A DNA stretch of 64,000 nt from Felis catus (taxonomy: Eukaryota): assembly GCF_018350175.1 (NCBI RefSeq), contig NC_058368.1, positions 140,060,001 through 140,124,000 on the forward strand, read 5' to 3'. The position numbers and the translations under genes are program-made. Of the stretch, positions 50,656-63,234 are shown piece by piece. The notes beneath the pieces are model-generated. The model ran no database searches and was not told the DNA's origin. It saw only the letters and a list, made by a program, of their open reading frames with translations. Every line of letters starts with the position of its first letter. The first letter of the stretch is position 1.

Positions 50656-50950
50656 TACATACCAAAGAGGGGAATGACTAGATCATCTGATGTGTACAAC
50701 TTAAAAAAAAAAGAAAAAAAGAAAGAAACAGCCAACTACAAACAGACACATGGGAAGATGATCAACATCACTCATCATCAGGGAAATGCCAATCAAAACC
50801 CAATGAGATATCACCTCACACCTGCCAGAATGGCTAAAATCAATGGATAAGAAATAACAAGTGTTGGTGAGGATGTGGATTGAAAGGAGCCCGTGCCTTC
50901 TTGGCAAATAAATTTCTTCTTTAGTAAAGGCTTCTTAAATCTTTTGCCCT

Positions 50951-51151
50951 CCACCTTTTTTTTTTTTTTTTTTTTTTTTGAGAGAAAGAGAGAGGGCACA
51001 AGTGAGCAAGGGGCCAAGAGAGAGTATCCCATGAGGGGCAGAGAGAGAGAGACATGGAGAAAGAGAAACGGGGCTCATGCTCACGAATAACCGTGAGATC
51101 ATGACCTGAGCCAAAGTCAAATGCTCAACTGACTGAGCTACCCAGGCACCC
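50951..51151 (-). mobile_element. CAN-SINE variant (SINEC_Fc3-like body)
   Basis: TSD aaatcttttgccct (50937-50950/51152-51165); atypical middle segment cccatgaggggcag. Confidence 0.88.
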
Positions 51152-51477
51152 AAATCTTTTGCCCTTAAGTAAAAAAAAACCCAAAAGAACAACTGAGTTC
51201 TTTGCTTTCTTATTGAGTTTTGAAAATTCTTTGTGTATTCTAGATACAAGTCCCTCATGAAATCTATGATTATAAAATATTTTTCTGCCAGTTTGTCATT
51301 TGCTTTTTCATTCTCTTAATAGTACATTCTAAAAGCCTAAGGTTTTAATTTTGATGAAACCCAACTTATTGATTTCTTCTTTAATGAATCCTATTTTTGG
51401 TGTCATATGTAAGAAGACTTTGACCCAAGGTCACAAAACATTTCACCTATGTTCCTTCAAGAATATTCATAACTTTT

Positions 51478-51675
51478 GGGGCACCTGGGTGGCTCAGTCC
51501 GTTAACCATTCAAGTTCAGCTCAGGTCATGATCTCATGGTTCATGGGTTCAAGCCCCATGTGGGGTTCTGTGCTGACAGCTCACAGCCTGGAGCCTGCTT
51601 CAGATTCTGTCTCTGTCTCCCCCGATTGTTATCTCTCTCTCAAAAATAAAATAAACATTAAAAAATTTAAGAAAA
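51478..51675 (+). mobile_element. CAN-SINE
   Basis: TSD aatatt(c/t)ataacttt. Confidence 0.93.
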
Positions 51676-52339
51676 TAATATTTATAACTTTAGGTTTTAC
51701 ATTTAGGTCTATGATCCATTTTGTGTTATTTGTTATATATGGCGTAAGATATGGATTCAAGTTGATCTTTTTGCACATAGATAACCAATTGATTTTGCAC
51801 CAGACTGTCAGCTTTTCTAGGCAATCTTTTCTCCACTGATTTGCCTCTATGCCTTTTTCTAGGATGTTTTCCATATCTGGGTAAGTCTATATCCAGGCTC
51901 TATTACATTTATTTATTTGTCTATCTTGACATCAATACCACACTGTCTTGAATATCATAGCTTTATAATAAGTCTTGCAGTCAGGGAGTGTTCTCAAACT
52001 TTGGATAGTCTATACATAGATAATTACATAGATACATGTCCTTCTTTTCTAATCTGAGTACATTTTATTTATTTTGTTTTCTTTTTCATTCACTGGCTAG
52101 AACTTTCAGTGCACTGTTGAACAGAAGTGGTGAGAATTGACCCGTTCCTCACCTTAGGGAGGAAACTTTCATTGAGTATGATGTTAGCTGTATGTTTTTC
52201 ATAGATGTCCTTTATATGGAGTTGAGCAAGTTCCCTTCTAATCCTAGTTTGTTGAAAGTTATATTCCTAAATAGATGGTGGATTTTGTTAAATGCTTTTG
52301 TTTGGGTGAATTGAAATAATCGCTTGGCTTTGTTTTTAG

Positions 52340-52487
52340 TTTTTTTTAATATGAAATTTATTGTCAAATTGGTTTCCATACAACGCCCAGTGCTCATCCC
52401 AACAGGTGCCCTCCTCAATGCCCATCACCCACTTTCCCCTCCCTCCCACCCCCCATCAACCCTCAGTTTATTCTCAGTTTTTAAGAG
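52340..52487 (-). mobile_element. Young felid L1 (L1_Fc) 3' stub
   Basis: aatatgaaatttattgtcaaattggtttccatacaac…; TSD ttgttttta(g/a)ttt. Confidence 0.9.
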
Positions 52488-52721
52488 TTGTTTTTAATTT
52501 GTGAATATGATGAATTATTTGATTGATTTTAAAATGATAAGTCCATCTTGCTTTCCCACGATAAACTCCACTTGGTCTTAATAGATTTCCTTTAATATAT
52601 TATTGTATAATTTCACTTATATCACCCATAGCTCTTCTTAACTCTTTGAACATCCAAATCAGAGCTTTAAGACCTCTTTGCATTTTCTTGTCTATTAATT
52701 ACTACATCAGTGGGTATTCTT

Positions 52722-52939
52722 TTTTTTTTTTCTTTTTAACGTTTTATTTATTTTTGAGACAGGGAGAGACAGAGCATAAACAGGGGAGGGTCAGAGAGAG
52801 GGAGACACAGAATCTGAAACAGGCTCCAGGCTCTGAGCTGTCAGCACAGAGTCCGACGCGGGGCTCAAACTCACGGACCGCGAGATCATGACCTGAGCCG
52901 AAGTCAGCCGCTTAACCAACTGAGCCACCCAGGCGCCCC
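52722..52939 (-). mobile_element. CAN-SINE
   Basis: Perfect TSD catcagtgggtattctt (52705-52721/52940-52956). Confidence 0.97.
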
Positions 52940-53607
52940 CATCAGTGGGTATTCTTGGGCTTTGTTCTGGGATGCTGTTAAGTTCTTAGAAACAGTTTGA
53001 TCCTTTTTGGATGTTGCTTTTAAGATCTTGTATGTGGGACTAGTCCAGTGCTCATCTAGGATTGATTATTCTTCGATACGAAGGCAGGATCCCCTGTATG
53101 CACCCCTCCATCTCCCCCCCCCCCCAGCCTCCCAGGAGGCTTTCCATCTGGCTGGTGGGAACAGGCATTGTTTCCTGTGGCTTGTGAGCCTCACATGCTC
53201 TTACCTCTAATCCTCTCAGGTGGTTCTCTCCCTGGCCTCAGGTGGTTTCCCACACGCATGTGGTGCTCAACTGAGTATTTAAGGGAATTCCTTTGCAGGT
53301 GTCTGTAGCTTTTCTGGTACTCTTTCCTGCAAAAGCAACGAGTCCTCAGTTCAGGAAGTCTGCCAGTGTCACCTGCAGTTCCCTACCCTGCATCACACCT
53401 TAGCAATTCTCCAGGCAGCTGGTTGGAGACAGGGCTCTCCCCATGTTTGTTTTTGTCCCCCAGGATCCACTGTCCTTCATGGCCTAATGTTCACTCTCTT
53501 GAAAACTGTCTTTTTCATATATTTTGTGTGGGTTTTGTTGTTGTTTCAGAAGGGAAGGTAAATCTAATTCCTGTTATGCCATCTTGGCTGGAAGTGGAAG
53601 TCCATGG

Positions 53608-53818
53608 TTTTTTTTTTTTTTTTTTTTTTTGAGAAAGAGAAAGAGAGAGAGAGAGAGTGTGCAAGCGGGTGAGGGGCAGATAGCGAGGGAGATAGCGGAT
53701 CTGAAGTGGCTCTGTGCTGACAGCAGACAGCCCACTGTGGGGTTTGAACTCAGGAACCGTGAGATCATGACCTGAACCAGAGTCCAGAGCTTAAACGATT
53801 GAGCCACCCAGATGCCTG
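53608..53818 (-). mobile_element. CAN-SINE (older type)
   Basis: Reverse SINE with long T tail. Confidence 0.9.
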
Positions 53819-53866
53819 CATAGCATTTTTTTTTAAGGATGGTAAATTGTTTATTAAATACCATCT

Positions 53867-54056
53867 GGGGATGTGTGGGTGGCTTTCTTGGTTTTGGGTC
53901 AGGTCATGATCTCAGAGTTCATGAGTTTAAGCTTTGAATCGGGCTCCATGCTAGTGGTGTGGGACTCACTTCCTCTCTCTCTGCCCCTCCCCTGCTCTCT
54001 CTCTCTCTCTCTCTCTCAAAAATAGATACATAAACTTTAAAAAAATTTAAATAAAA
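53867..54056 (+). mobile_element. CAN-SINE (diverged, internally deleted)
   Basis: tcaggtcatgatctc core; TSD ta(c/t)catctgg. Confidence 0.85.
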
Positions 54057-54395
54057 TAAGTATCATCTGGACTATTGGTTAATCGAACAATGTAGAGATA
54101 ATCCCCAAACAGGCAGTATATCTTTATTTATGAAATCAGGTCAGTAGGGTAACCATATTATGTTGCTAAGTCTTGTGATGGCACAGGTGAAAGTTCATTC
54201 TGTTGTTCACACTATAAATCAGGATTTGTTTACCTCTAGCTTCTAATTATCATGGCCCACACGTTTATGTTTCAGCCATACTTTTGAATATAGATGCACA
54301 TTTGTGACACAAAAATTTGGTAGGTGTGGGTATTTGCAAAGTTTCCAGATGATTCCAATGATTGGCCTGGCTGAACAAATCAGTACAGTGCAAAG

Positions 54396-54611
54396 CAGAG
54401 ATTCTCACCCTAAGCACTACTAACATTTTGGGGTAGATTATTTTTGTTTTGCTTGGGAGAGAACTTCCATCCACTGTAGGATGTATAACAGCTTCCTAGA
54501 CTCTACTCAGTAGATGCCTCTGCCCATCCCCAAACATGACAACCAAAAATGTTTCCAGAAATTTCCAACTGTCCCCAGGGGGGCAATATTGCCTCCAGTT
54601 GAGAAACACTC
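54396..54611 (+). mobile_element. MER20
   Basis: cactactaacattttgggg…gacaaccaaaaatgtttccaga…ccagttgagaaacact. Confidence 0.85.
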
Positions 54612-54777
54612 ATGGAAATTAAATCCAGACCTTAAAACTGCTAGAGAACATAAACTACGTTTTATTTATTCCTACATTTCTAGCACTCAGGAGAATGCAC
54701 TTAGTAAATGCCTGTGGTGTGAACAAATGGATGACTAACATGAATGAATGAATGTCATCAGTCCCTGTCTTATAGAA

Positions 54778-54927
54778 CAAATATTCTCAAATCTCACTGC
54801 TCTTGTTAAGATGCAGATTCTCCAATTACACTCCCAGAGAGTCGTTTTGTACAGGCGGTGGGGCACAGGAATTTGCATTTAACTGGCACCACAGTGATTT
54901 CCCAACCAGAATCTGAGGAACCCCTGA
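54778..54927. mobile_element. MER5A-like relic
   Basis: cttgttaagatgcagattc…ggtggggcacaggaatttgcattt. Confidence 0.6.
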
Positions 54928-55512
54928 CTCTAAATACAATGATAAAAAGTATTTATTAGAGTGAAAACACCCACTCTCTTCCTGTAATTGTAATGCCAGT
55001 TACAAAGCTCTCGCCATTTTTATCCACCCTACGCAATAAGCATATGTAATTTCAGAGACAGGTAAACAAATATTTGACCCTTCCACAGGTTCACGAAGAA
55101 TTTGCTTTAAAGATATTCTGCTTAACCTGCAACTGTCCATTACATTACCATTTACCATGTGATGTTTACTTTAGGATAAAAACCTGAGTGTCGGTTTAGT
55201 ATTCAATCTGACATCTTTACTGAAGGAGATCTCTGGGTAGAACCATCAACCACGGTCTCTAACCAGAGCAAGTTCTTGAACAGGTTCAGTCTCTGCATCA
55301 GTCACTTCTGTTCAGAATTTGATTGAACAGAGCCCTTCAGTCCCAGAGGCAGATTTCGATCCAGACCTCTGACCCAGTTTCTATGCTGACTATATCATAA
55401 GGTTGAAGGGTCAGGGAAAGCATATGAAAGGTAAAGATTTTAATGATTATCTGTTTCTTTTTAAAATTCAAGTGAATTCCAACAGACTAAAAAAAAAAAA
55501 AGACTATTTCTT

Positions 55513-55741
55513 TTTTTTATTTTATTTATTTATTTTTTCAACGTTTATTTATTTTTGGGACAGAGAGAGACAGAGCATGAATGGGGGAGGGGCAGAGAGA
55601 GAGGGAGACACAGAATCGGAAGCAGGCTCCAGGCTCTGAGCCATCAGCCCAGAGCCTGACGCGGGGCTCGAACTCACGGACCGCGAGATCGTGACCTGGC
55701 TGAAGTCAGACGCTTAACCGACTGCGCCACCCAGGTGCCCC
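55513..55741 (-). mobile_element. CAN-SINE, young SINEC_Fc
   Basis: Near-consensus, CpG-rich; perfect TSD aagactatttctt. Confidence 0.97.
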
Positions 55742-56075
55742 AAGACTATTTCTTAATACCTGCAACTGTCAAGAGACCCTATATACGAAAGAATATTCAC
55801 ATATTTTGGCTTGGTATAATAATTTTCCAGCAACACAGATAGCTTTGATCAGAGGCTTGGTTTACTTTACTCCTGTAAAGTTCTTTTTGGAAAAAATTTG
55901 CATCTTAGGAGTTGTTTGCCCACCCATCTAAGAGCTTTTAGAGAAGAAAGGGGCCTTGGGGCACTTCATAGACTCACTAGGTGCAGTGCATTCTACAAGT
56001 AATGGATCGAGGATTCAAAGAGGTAGATGCCTTCTGGGCATGGATTACCTTAGCAATGAAAGGGACCCATAGGAT

Positions 56076-56298
56076 GGGGCACCTGGGTGACTCAGTTGGT
56101 TGAGCTTCTGACTTCGGCTCAGATCATGATCTCACCATTCATGAGTTCAAGCCCCACGTCGGGCTCTGTGCTGACAGCTCAGAGCTTGGAGCCTGCTTCA
56201 GATTCTGTGTCTCTCTCTCTCTACCCCTTCCCCGCTCATGGTCTGTCTCTCTCTCTGTCTCTCAAAGATGAATAAACGTTAAAAAAAATTAAAAAAAA
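56076..56298 (+). mobile_element. CAN-SINE
   Basis: TSD gaaagg(g/a)acccatagga. Confidence 0.95.
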
Positions 56299-57493
56299 GA
56301 AAGGAACCCATAGGAGTAAGCACCACTAATTTACTCAAATAATGATGTAATACGCATCAAAAAAGAATGCATTCTTGGTACATATATGGCTCAGAGCAAT
56401 CACTTTGCACCCTTCTAGGAGGTACCTTGCAGGTGGTGAGAGCACCCTGCTGGTTGGCCCTCTCAGGGTAGTCTAGCTTAGAAATGTGCCTCCTTCTGGA
56501 GTGGAGAGAGCCACTGGACCATTTGCTGGCTCCACTCTGGAGCCTTTCCAGGGGTAATATTCAAAATACTTAACAATACTGAATAATCAGCATAGAAATG
56601 TACATTAGTAAATAAATCAAACATTTAAAAATTCTCTTCTGTTCCCTTATTCATCTAAACAATATAGCATACAACTGCACACCATGCAGTTTTGCAAATT
56701 ATTCACTGAACCATTCTAATAGTTTGGAAATGTTTTGTTGAATTTTAAATATTGCAAGTGTGGTCTTCTGTCTGACCTGGCTGTCACAGGCTGATGCCCC
56801 CGTCAGAGCCACCCTTTGGTGAAAGGTTTGTATCAAACTCTGCTAAGAGCTTCCCTGTTAAATTGGTCATCTTTTGGTCCCTGCCTCTGGGGCTCTCTTG
56901 TAGTGTGCTATGCTCACTGCCCACACATCACAGCTAGGCACACACTTGATTCCAGTGCTTTCCAGACAATGGAGACTCAGAGAAACTATGTCCCAGGTTC
57001 TGTCAACAGTGGCACCCCACTTCCCATGTCACCAACCCCTCTGGCTGGGCTGCCACTCCAACAATGCTGGCTGACTCCCAGGCGGCAGGCAAGCCCTCAT
57101 TGTCCCCGGCTGCCACTGTCACCTTGATCTCCATGCCACCAGGGCTGCCATCGGGTCCTGTCACCCGACTCTGCAGCTCGACACTGTCTCGGGTGAATCC
57201 CAGTTTCTATAAGTATGAAACTGTACTCCTCTTTCACGGTGCTGAATCCTCTCCACACGTCTGTTGATCAAATAGCAATTACATTCCAAAATTGCCTAAC
57301 CCATAAAAGACCACCTCAGATGTTAATATATTCCATATCTCTATTATTACGTAGGTCACACTCCAACAGCAGGCCCATTTGTTAGTGGTCAAAGTGACAT
57401 TGTACAGCAATCAGCATGAATTATTGAGTTGACATTAGAAATTATATTATTAATTACATCTGCTGCTCAGTTCAGCCTCTGTTCTATTCTTTA

Positions 57494-57700
57494 AAATTTT
57501 TTTTAAACGTTTATTTAATTTTGAGAAACAGAGCGAGAGCAGGGGAGGGGCAGAGAGAGAGGGAGACACAGAAACCAAAGCAGGCGCCAGGCTCTGAACT
57601 GTCAGCACAGAGCCCAAAGCGGGGCTTGAACTCACAAACCCTAAGATCATGACCTGAAGCAAAGTCAGAGGCTCAACCAACTGAGCCATCCAGGCGCCCC
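57494..57700 (-). mobile_element. CAN-SINE
   Basis: TSD ctattcttta. Confidence 0.95.
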
Positions 57701-58231
57701 TATTCTTTACAGGAGGTGTGGAAGTACTTCAGTAATTTAGCAACTTACCCAACTTTCCCAACTATTTGCTTTTCAGCCTCTCAAAAGCGGACTTGCTGCC
57801 CTGAATTCCTTGAGGTACTATATGGAATCTGTCCTCATAGCCCGGCCTGAGTAAGATAAAAGGTAGTTTATTCATCAGGTCATAAGACCCAAAGCAAATC
57901 TAGTCAGAAGTCTCTAAGTGTATTTGTTTCTGGTTTCTAAAGTCTTTCCTTTGGGACAAGATGGAATATAAGTACATATTATTAAGTGATATAATTAATA
58001 ATGAATATTTAAAGAACACATTTTTTATTAATGATTAACTTGCACAAAAGAAAATACTATGATTTCTCTAGGGGTAGGGACCATATCTTCTTATTTCCTC
58101 CTCTTCTTGCACTGTGTATAAGGCTTGCTATACTAATTGTGCAAACCAGATGTTTGAGTGAATGAAGGAATAAATAAATAAAAGGCTCTTCCTTAAGCTG
58201 GAAGCAGGGGGCTTGAGGATTATAGGAGAGT

Positions 58232-58450
58232 GCTCCATGGTGGAAATCGCCTGGGTTTTGGAGCCAGGAAGTTCTTGGCCAGAATCCCAGATTTAGCACT
58301 TGCCTGTTATATAGCTTAACTTCTATGGAGCCTCAGTTCGATATCTGGAAAATGAAGGTTATGTAGGTATAATAATATTTATATTGCAGAGTTGTCATAT
58401 AAATGATAAATAAGGTACAAAAAACTCCAGGCACATAGTAAGTGATAACA
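58232..58450 (+). mobile_element. MIR
   Basis: ttttggagccag…gaatcccag…cttaacttctatggagcctcagtt…ggcacatagtaagtg. Confidence 0.72.
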
Positions 58451-59018
58451 CTGTGGAAACTATCGTGTCACTCACATCATTCACTGAAAACATGAATCTG
58501 AAAGAGCAATTGAACCTATCTTAGTATATAAAGGAAGAGTATTCTCAGTATACTCTGAACTAATGGCAAAAACTAAGATGGAATTAACTAAGATGGACTA
58601 CATCTATCATCTCCCTTTTTTATTAACGAAGAACTCTGTAACAGCTAAGATGAATCCCATAATTGAGTCAATATGCACCTTTGCTTTGTAAATGCTCAGA
58701 TAAGCGCATGGGAAACTTCAATTTGGTCTCCTCTTTTGCAGAAGAAACAGTAGCACAGCTCAACATACTATGTAAAGCTTCATTTCTCAACAGCTCACAT
58801 TTTAGTGTGTCTAAAATGATATTGACTATTTATTATTATCATCAATATTTTTAGCAAGTGCTTTACACAGGGCTAGACATTCAGGCCAGCAGAAGAAATA
58901 GCCACACCCTGGAGAATGGGATGAGACTGATGATGCCCTAGGTCTGCTTACCCAAGTGTGGTCAGCATTGGCTTCCTCCCCTGTCCTTCATTTCCTGATT
59001 AGTGTCCAACAATGGTCA

Positions 59019-59226
59019 GGGTGCCCGGGTGGCTCGGTTGAATAAGCGTCCAACTCTTGACTTCGGCTCAGGTCATGATCTCCCAGTTTGTGAGTTCGAG
59101 CCCCACATGGGGCTCTGCACTGATAGTGTGGAGCTTGCTTGGAATTCCTTCTCTCTTCCTCTCTCTCTCTGCCCCCCCCGCCCCCACTCACACTCTCTAA
59201 ATAAATAAATAAACTTAAAAAAAAAT
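59019..59226 (+). mobile_element. CAN-SINE
   Basis: Head, B box gttcgagcc, A tail; TSD aca(a/t)tggt. Confidence 0.93.
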
Positions 59227-60781
59227 ACATTGGTGACTGGTTGCTGCCTATGACATGGCTCAGTTCGGAAGCTCTGATGGTCCCAGTCCTGGAGTTGCTC
59301 AGGTCTCTTCCATAGGAAGGTTGACTCTCCTGGAGCGTGTCAGATGACCAAGCAGGAAAACCAGAGGTCATCTCATTTACGTGCAGTTTATTACCTCTAG
59401 TTGGTTAAGCTTCAATGCATGGAATAGAAAACATTACAACTGGAAAGGATCTTAACTGGCCCAACACCCTCCTTGTATATATAAGCAACTTAGGGCTAAC
59501 TACTTATGCAGGATGGTGTCAGTGGTTAGAAGTGTAGCCAATCCCTCTGCCATATCATGTGAGTATATGCCTATTCTTCTGTAGACTTTTATAACTTAAA
59601 AGGAGAGAGAAAGAGAAAATGGGTATCACTGTCTAACTCAATGCTACCGATATTCAAGACACATATTCCCATACTAGTTATCAATAGTGATGACATCTTT
59701 TATACAAAAAAAAACAGCATAATAAAATAATTAGGCATGTACTTATAAGTTTATTTACTTATAATAAGCTATATACATCAACCTCCCTCCAAAAAAATTT
59801 AACATTTGATGGTAAAACACACATAAAACACATATACAGTAGAATAGTTAAAAATAAAGGTGAAATAACTGAGGCTAGTATCATATTGACACAGAGACAC
59901 AGGAGATAATTGAATAAGAAAACTGGAACTAGGCAATTACTAAGAATATTACATTTTACTCTGAGATTCTTAGCAGCCAACAGAAAAAGGAAACATAAGG
60001 GGTTAAAAAGTCAACGGTTTAAAGGAATCATTCCAGTAAAACAAACTGTTTTCTGGTTCTGAATTATAAAACGGATGTATTGCATAGGATTTTCTTCAAA
60101 GGCTACTGAATAGTGTGCAACAGAAAATGTGTTTGATATAATCCAGTAGAAGATGCAGAAGGGGTCTTTGTGCGCAGATTATTCACTTGCCTAGAAGTAT
60201 AATATTAAATTCTGTGAAGACTTGTTTTGAATGACATTTGTAGGCTGATATAGGGAGTTGGCACTAGGAAAGCAACCCTGGAGAGAAAGAATGTGGTGGA
60301 GAGGTAGCATTTTAAATCCTGGATGCTTCTTTCAAGCACATTTGCACCTGTCGAGTGTGGAAAACAAGTCTCCCTTCGCCTCTGGTAAGTTGGAGAGGTA
60401 GGAGAGGTGTGGTGGAAACAGCTCAATCCTCGTTCACAGTGTGTAACCTTGCAGTGCTGGCTGCCTTGAAAGGTTGCAGGGATTATTGTGAATGCTACTC
60501 TTCTTGACATGTTTTCAAACTGAGAAACTAGGGAGACAGTACAGTTAAAAATCATCTGCTTCGGGAAGTAGAGGAAGTTACGGCAGCATAGCCTATAGCC
60601 TGAGAAGCATTCTGCCTGTCTCAAGGCACATGGCTGAGAACTGCCATCCTCAGGCCTGGGGAATGGAGTGTGGGGTACTGTCAGGCAGAGTGACCTCTGA
60701 GTCCAGCTGACTGGGAGGAGCAGAGGGGAGAGAGCAGGTGTACTAACATCCCCTTCAAGCTTGTGTCCAAGTCAGGTTTCA

Positions 60782-60980
60782 TAGGCCCCCTCTGAGCATC
60801 TTGGGCGAGAATACCAACAGGGGCTCACACTCTGCACATCTAAATATTTAACGTTATAGATCCTAACTGATGTTAGGTAAAATATGCTCTATCCTCCTAC
60901 CTTTTATAAGTATACCTTCAGGATGAAACTGGAAGTCCAGGTTCAAATTTAGAACCTCAAATTCTGTGAATTCTGCTCCA
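60782..60980 (+). mobile_element. MER115-like hAT-Tip100 relic
   Basis: tctaaatattta…taaaatatgctctatcctcctacctt…tataccttca…ccaggttcaaatttagaa; homologous to ~1950-2030 in this window. Confidence 0.72.
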
Positions 60981-61698
60981 GTCCCTATCAGACCCTTTCT
61001 CTTCTTCATCTGGTTTTATCATCCTTGCAAAGGGCACCGTGCAGATGCATATGGACATTCTAACTTGCACATCCAAGCTACTTTTATATGCCACTTAATG
61101 GCATATAAAATGACAGCTTCTCAGGCTATCCCTCAGCTCTAGGGGGGCATAGAGCAGTGGCAGAGTTTACCCTAGGAAGGAAAGACCCACATAAGAGGAC
61201 TGTGGAGACCTTGAAAGTAAGTTCAAGACATTTGAGCAGGGAATTCTGGGATGCCAGATATTTAGAGATGGGGAATGGGTTCCAGGTGGACAGATCTCTT
61301 TGGTCTGGTTGACTCATCATCTCATGAAGAGGAGCGTAGCCAAAAGAGGGTCACAACAGAGCCATCTAGTCTTGGTCTAAAGGTGAAAGTGAGCAAGTGA
61401 ACCCTAGTTGTAAGGGCAGTCTGGATGCAGTATTTGTCACCAACGCCTGCCTCTTGACCTCCATTCGGCACCAGAGTTGATTCAGCTGACTGGCTCTCTG
61501 GTGGGATGTTGTCCTCCCTCACTGCCCTATACAAGTTCTTCCTAAAGCTGCAAGATGAGTCAAAGCAGGAAACATTGACAGAGAGGGTCTAGGGTCCTCC
61601 TCTACAAGAACTCCCCCAAATCTAGAGACTTGCTCTGCTTTGCCTTCTCACCCAGGGCGGCTCCTCTGGCTATGTCTACCAGATCCCTCAGCCCATGT

Positions 61699-62997
61699 GT
61701 ATTCAGGTCCTCTGCCCATTTCCTAATCAGATTATTTTTTTTTTTTGATGTTGAGTTGTTTCTTTATATATTTTGGATATTAGCCCCTTATCAGGTATAT
61801 CATTTAATCAAATATCTTCTATTCTGTAGGTTGCCTTTTTGTTTTGTTGAGTTTCCTTTGCTGTGCAAAAGCTTCTGATTTTGGTGCAGTCCCAGTAGTT
61901 TATTCTTGTTTTTGTTTCCCTTGCCTCAGAAGACGTATGGAAAAAATGTTGCTACAGCTTATAGCAGAAATTATTGCCCATAGTTTCTTCTAGGAGTTTT
62001 ATGGCTTCAGGTCTCACATTAGGTCTTTAATTTATCTTATTTTTGTGTATGGCATGAGAAAGTGATCCAATTTCACTCTTTGGCATGTAGCTGTCTGGTT
62101 TCCCCAGCACCATTAAAAAAAATTTTTTTTTAATGTTTATTTATTTTTGAGAGAGAGAGAGAGAGCAAGCAAGGGAGGGGCAGAGAGAGAGGGAGACACA
62201 GAATCTGAAGCAGGCTCCAGGTTCTGAGCTGTCAGCACAGAGCCTGACACAGGGCTCGAACTCACGAACCGTGAGGTCATTACCTGGGCCAAAGTTGGCT
62301 GCTTAACTGACTGAGCCACCCAGGCACCCCTTTCCAGTGCCATTTTTGAAGAAGACTGTCTTTTACCCATTTTATGTTCTTGTGTCCTTTGTCATAGATT
62401 AATTGACCATATAAGCATGGATTTATTTCAGGGCTTTCTTTTCTGTTCCGTTGTTCTTTGTGTCTAGTTTTGTGCCAGTGCTATACGGTTTTAATTACTA
62501 CAGCTTTGTAGTATATATTGAAATCTGGGGTTTTGATACCTTCAGCTTTGTTCTTCTTTCTCAGAATTGCTTTGGCTATTTGGGTGTTTTGTGGTTCCAT
62601 ACAAATTGTAGGATTATTTCTTCTAGTTCTGTGAAAAATGCTGTTGGTATTTTGATACAGATTGCATTGAATCTGTAGATTGCTTTGGGTAGTATGGACA
62701 TTTGAACAATGTTTCTTCTTCTAACCCACAAACATGGAATATCTTCCATTTATTTGTGTCATTTTCAATTTCTTTCATCAATGTTTTATAGTTTTCAGAG
62801 TACAAGTCTCTTACCTCTTTTGTTAAGTTTATTCCTAAGTATTTTATTATTTTTAGTATGATTATAAATGGAATTATTTTCTTAATTTCTCTTCCTGCTA
62901 GTTCATTTTTAGTGTATAATTTGGCAACTGATTTCTGTGTATTAATTTTGTATCCTGCAATTTTACTGAATACATTTATTATTTCTAATAGTTTTTT
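61699..62997 (-). mobile_element. L1 ORF2 internal fragment, tailless, with TSD
   Basis: ORF KKLLEIINVFSKIAGYKINTQKSVA…[27 protein letters not shown]; flanked by cctcagc(c/t)catgt. Confidence 0.92.
62115..62330 (-). mobile_element. CAN-SINE in L1
   Basis: Full reverse SINE; degenerate TSD ccag(ca/tg)ccatt. Confidence 0.95.
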
Positions 62998-63234
62998 CCT
63001 CAGCTCATGTTTGCACAGGCTCCTCTGTCCCATCTTGTGTCTATGGATAGTCATACCAAATCCTGTGACATGTAGCCCACCCATTCACAGCATTGCCTGC
63101 TTCTGTCCACAGTGCTGCTCAACATGGTCTCGTTACTCTGAATGTCATGACAGTCTTGACTACAAGCCAGTCCCCCGGAAAGATTTCTTTCTCGTGAGAT
63201 TTTATAATGGCAACGCTAGAATGAATTGAGATTA

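Larger units (their letters stand above)
49811..53603 (-). mobile_element. Ancient L1 (L1MB/MC/MD-like), 3' end to apparent 5' end with large internal deletions and many nested inserts
   Basis: 3' UTR at 49811; ORF2 antisense ([12 protein letters not shown]…KWIIDLNVK); 5'-UTR-like segment ending gccatcttggctggaagtggaagtcc. Confidence 0.75.

Noticed and set aside
53608..54056. Second head-to-head SINE pair
   Set aside because: TSDs appear in normal direct orientation, with no inversion signature.
55484..55506. A run flanked by an agacta duplication
   Set aside because: A 6-bp duplication overlapping a SINE TSD is too short to distinguish from chance or slippage.
60244..60390. Strong donor CTG|GTAAGT with an upstream acceptor
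   Set aside because: Stops in all frames and no other support; such sites occur by chance in 64 kb.
2376..62370. Many similar short ORFs (GAWVAQSV…SAQVMIS…GSVLTAQSLEPASDSVSPSLS) resembling a repeated gene family
   Set aside because: They are translations of CAN-SINEs, each with a CT tract, A tail and usually a TSD.
4478..62997. Minus-strand bias of L1s suggesting an intron of a + strand gene
   Set aside because: Small numbers; several L1s and most LTRs are on +, and no exon anchors a host gene.
62623..63084. 153-aa ORF with a reverse-transcriptase-associated region
   Set aside because: Truncated, frameshifted L1 ORF2 fragment read in from flanking DNA; not a functional gene.
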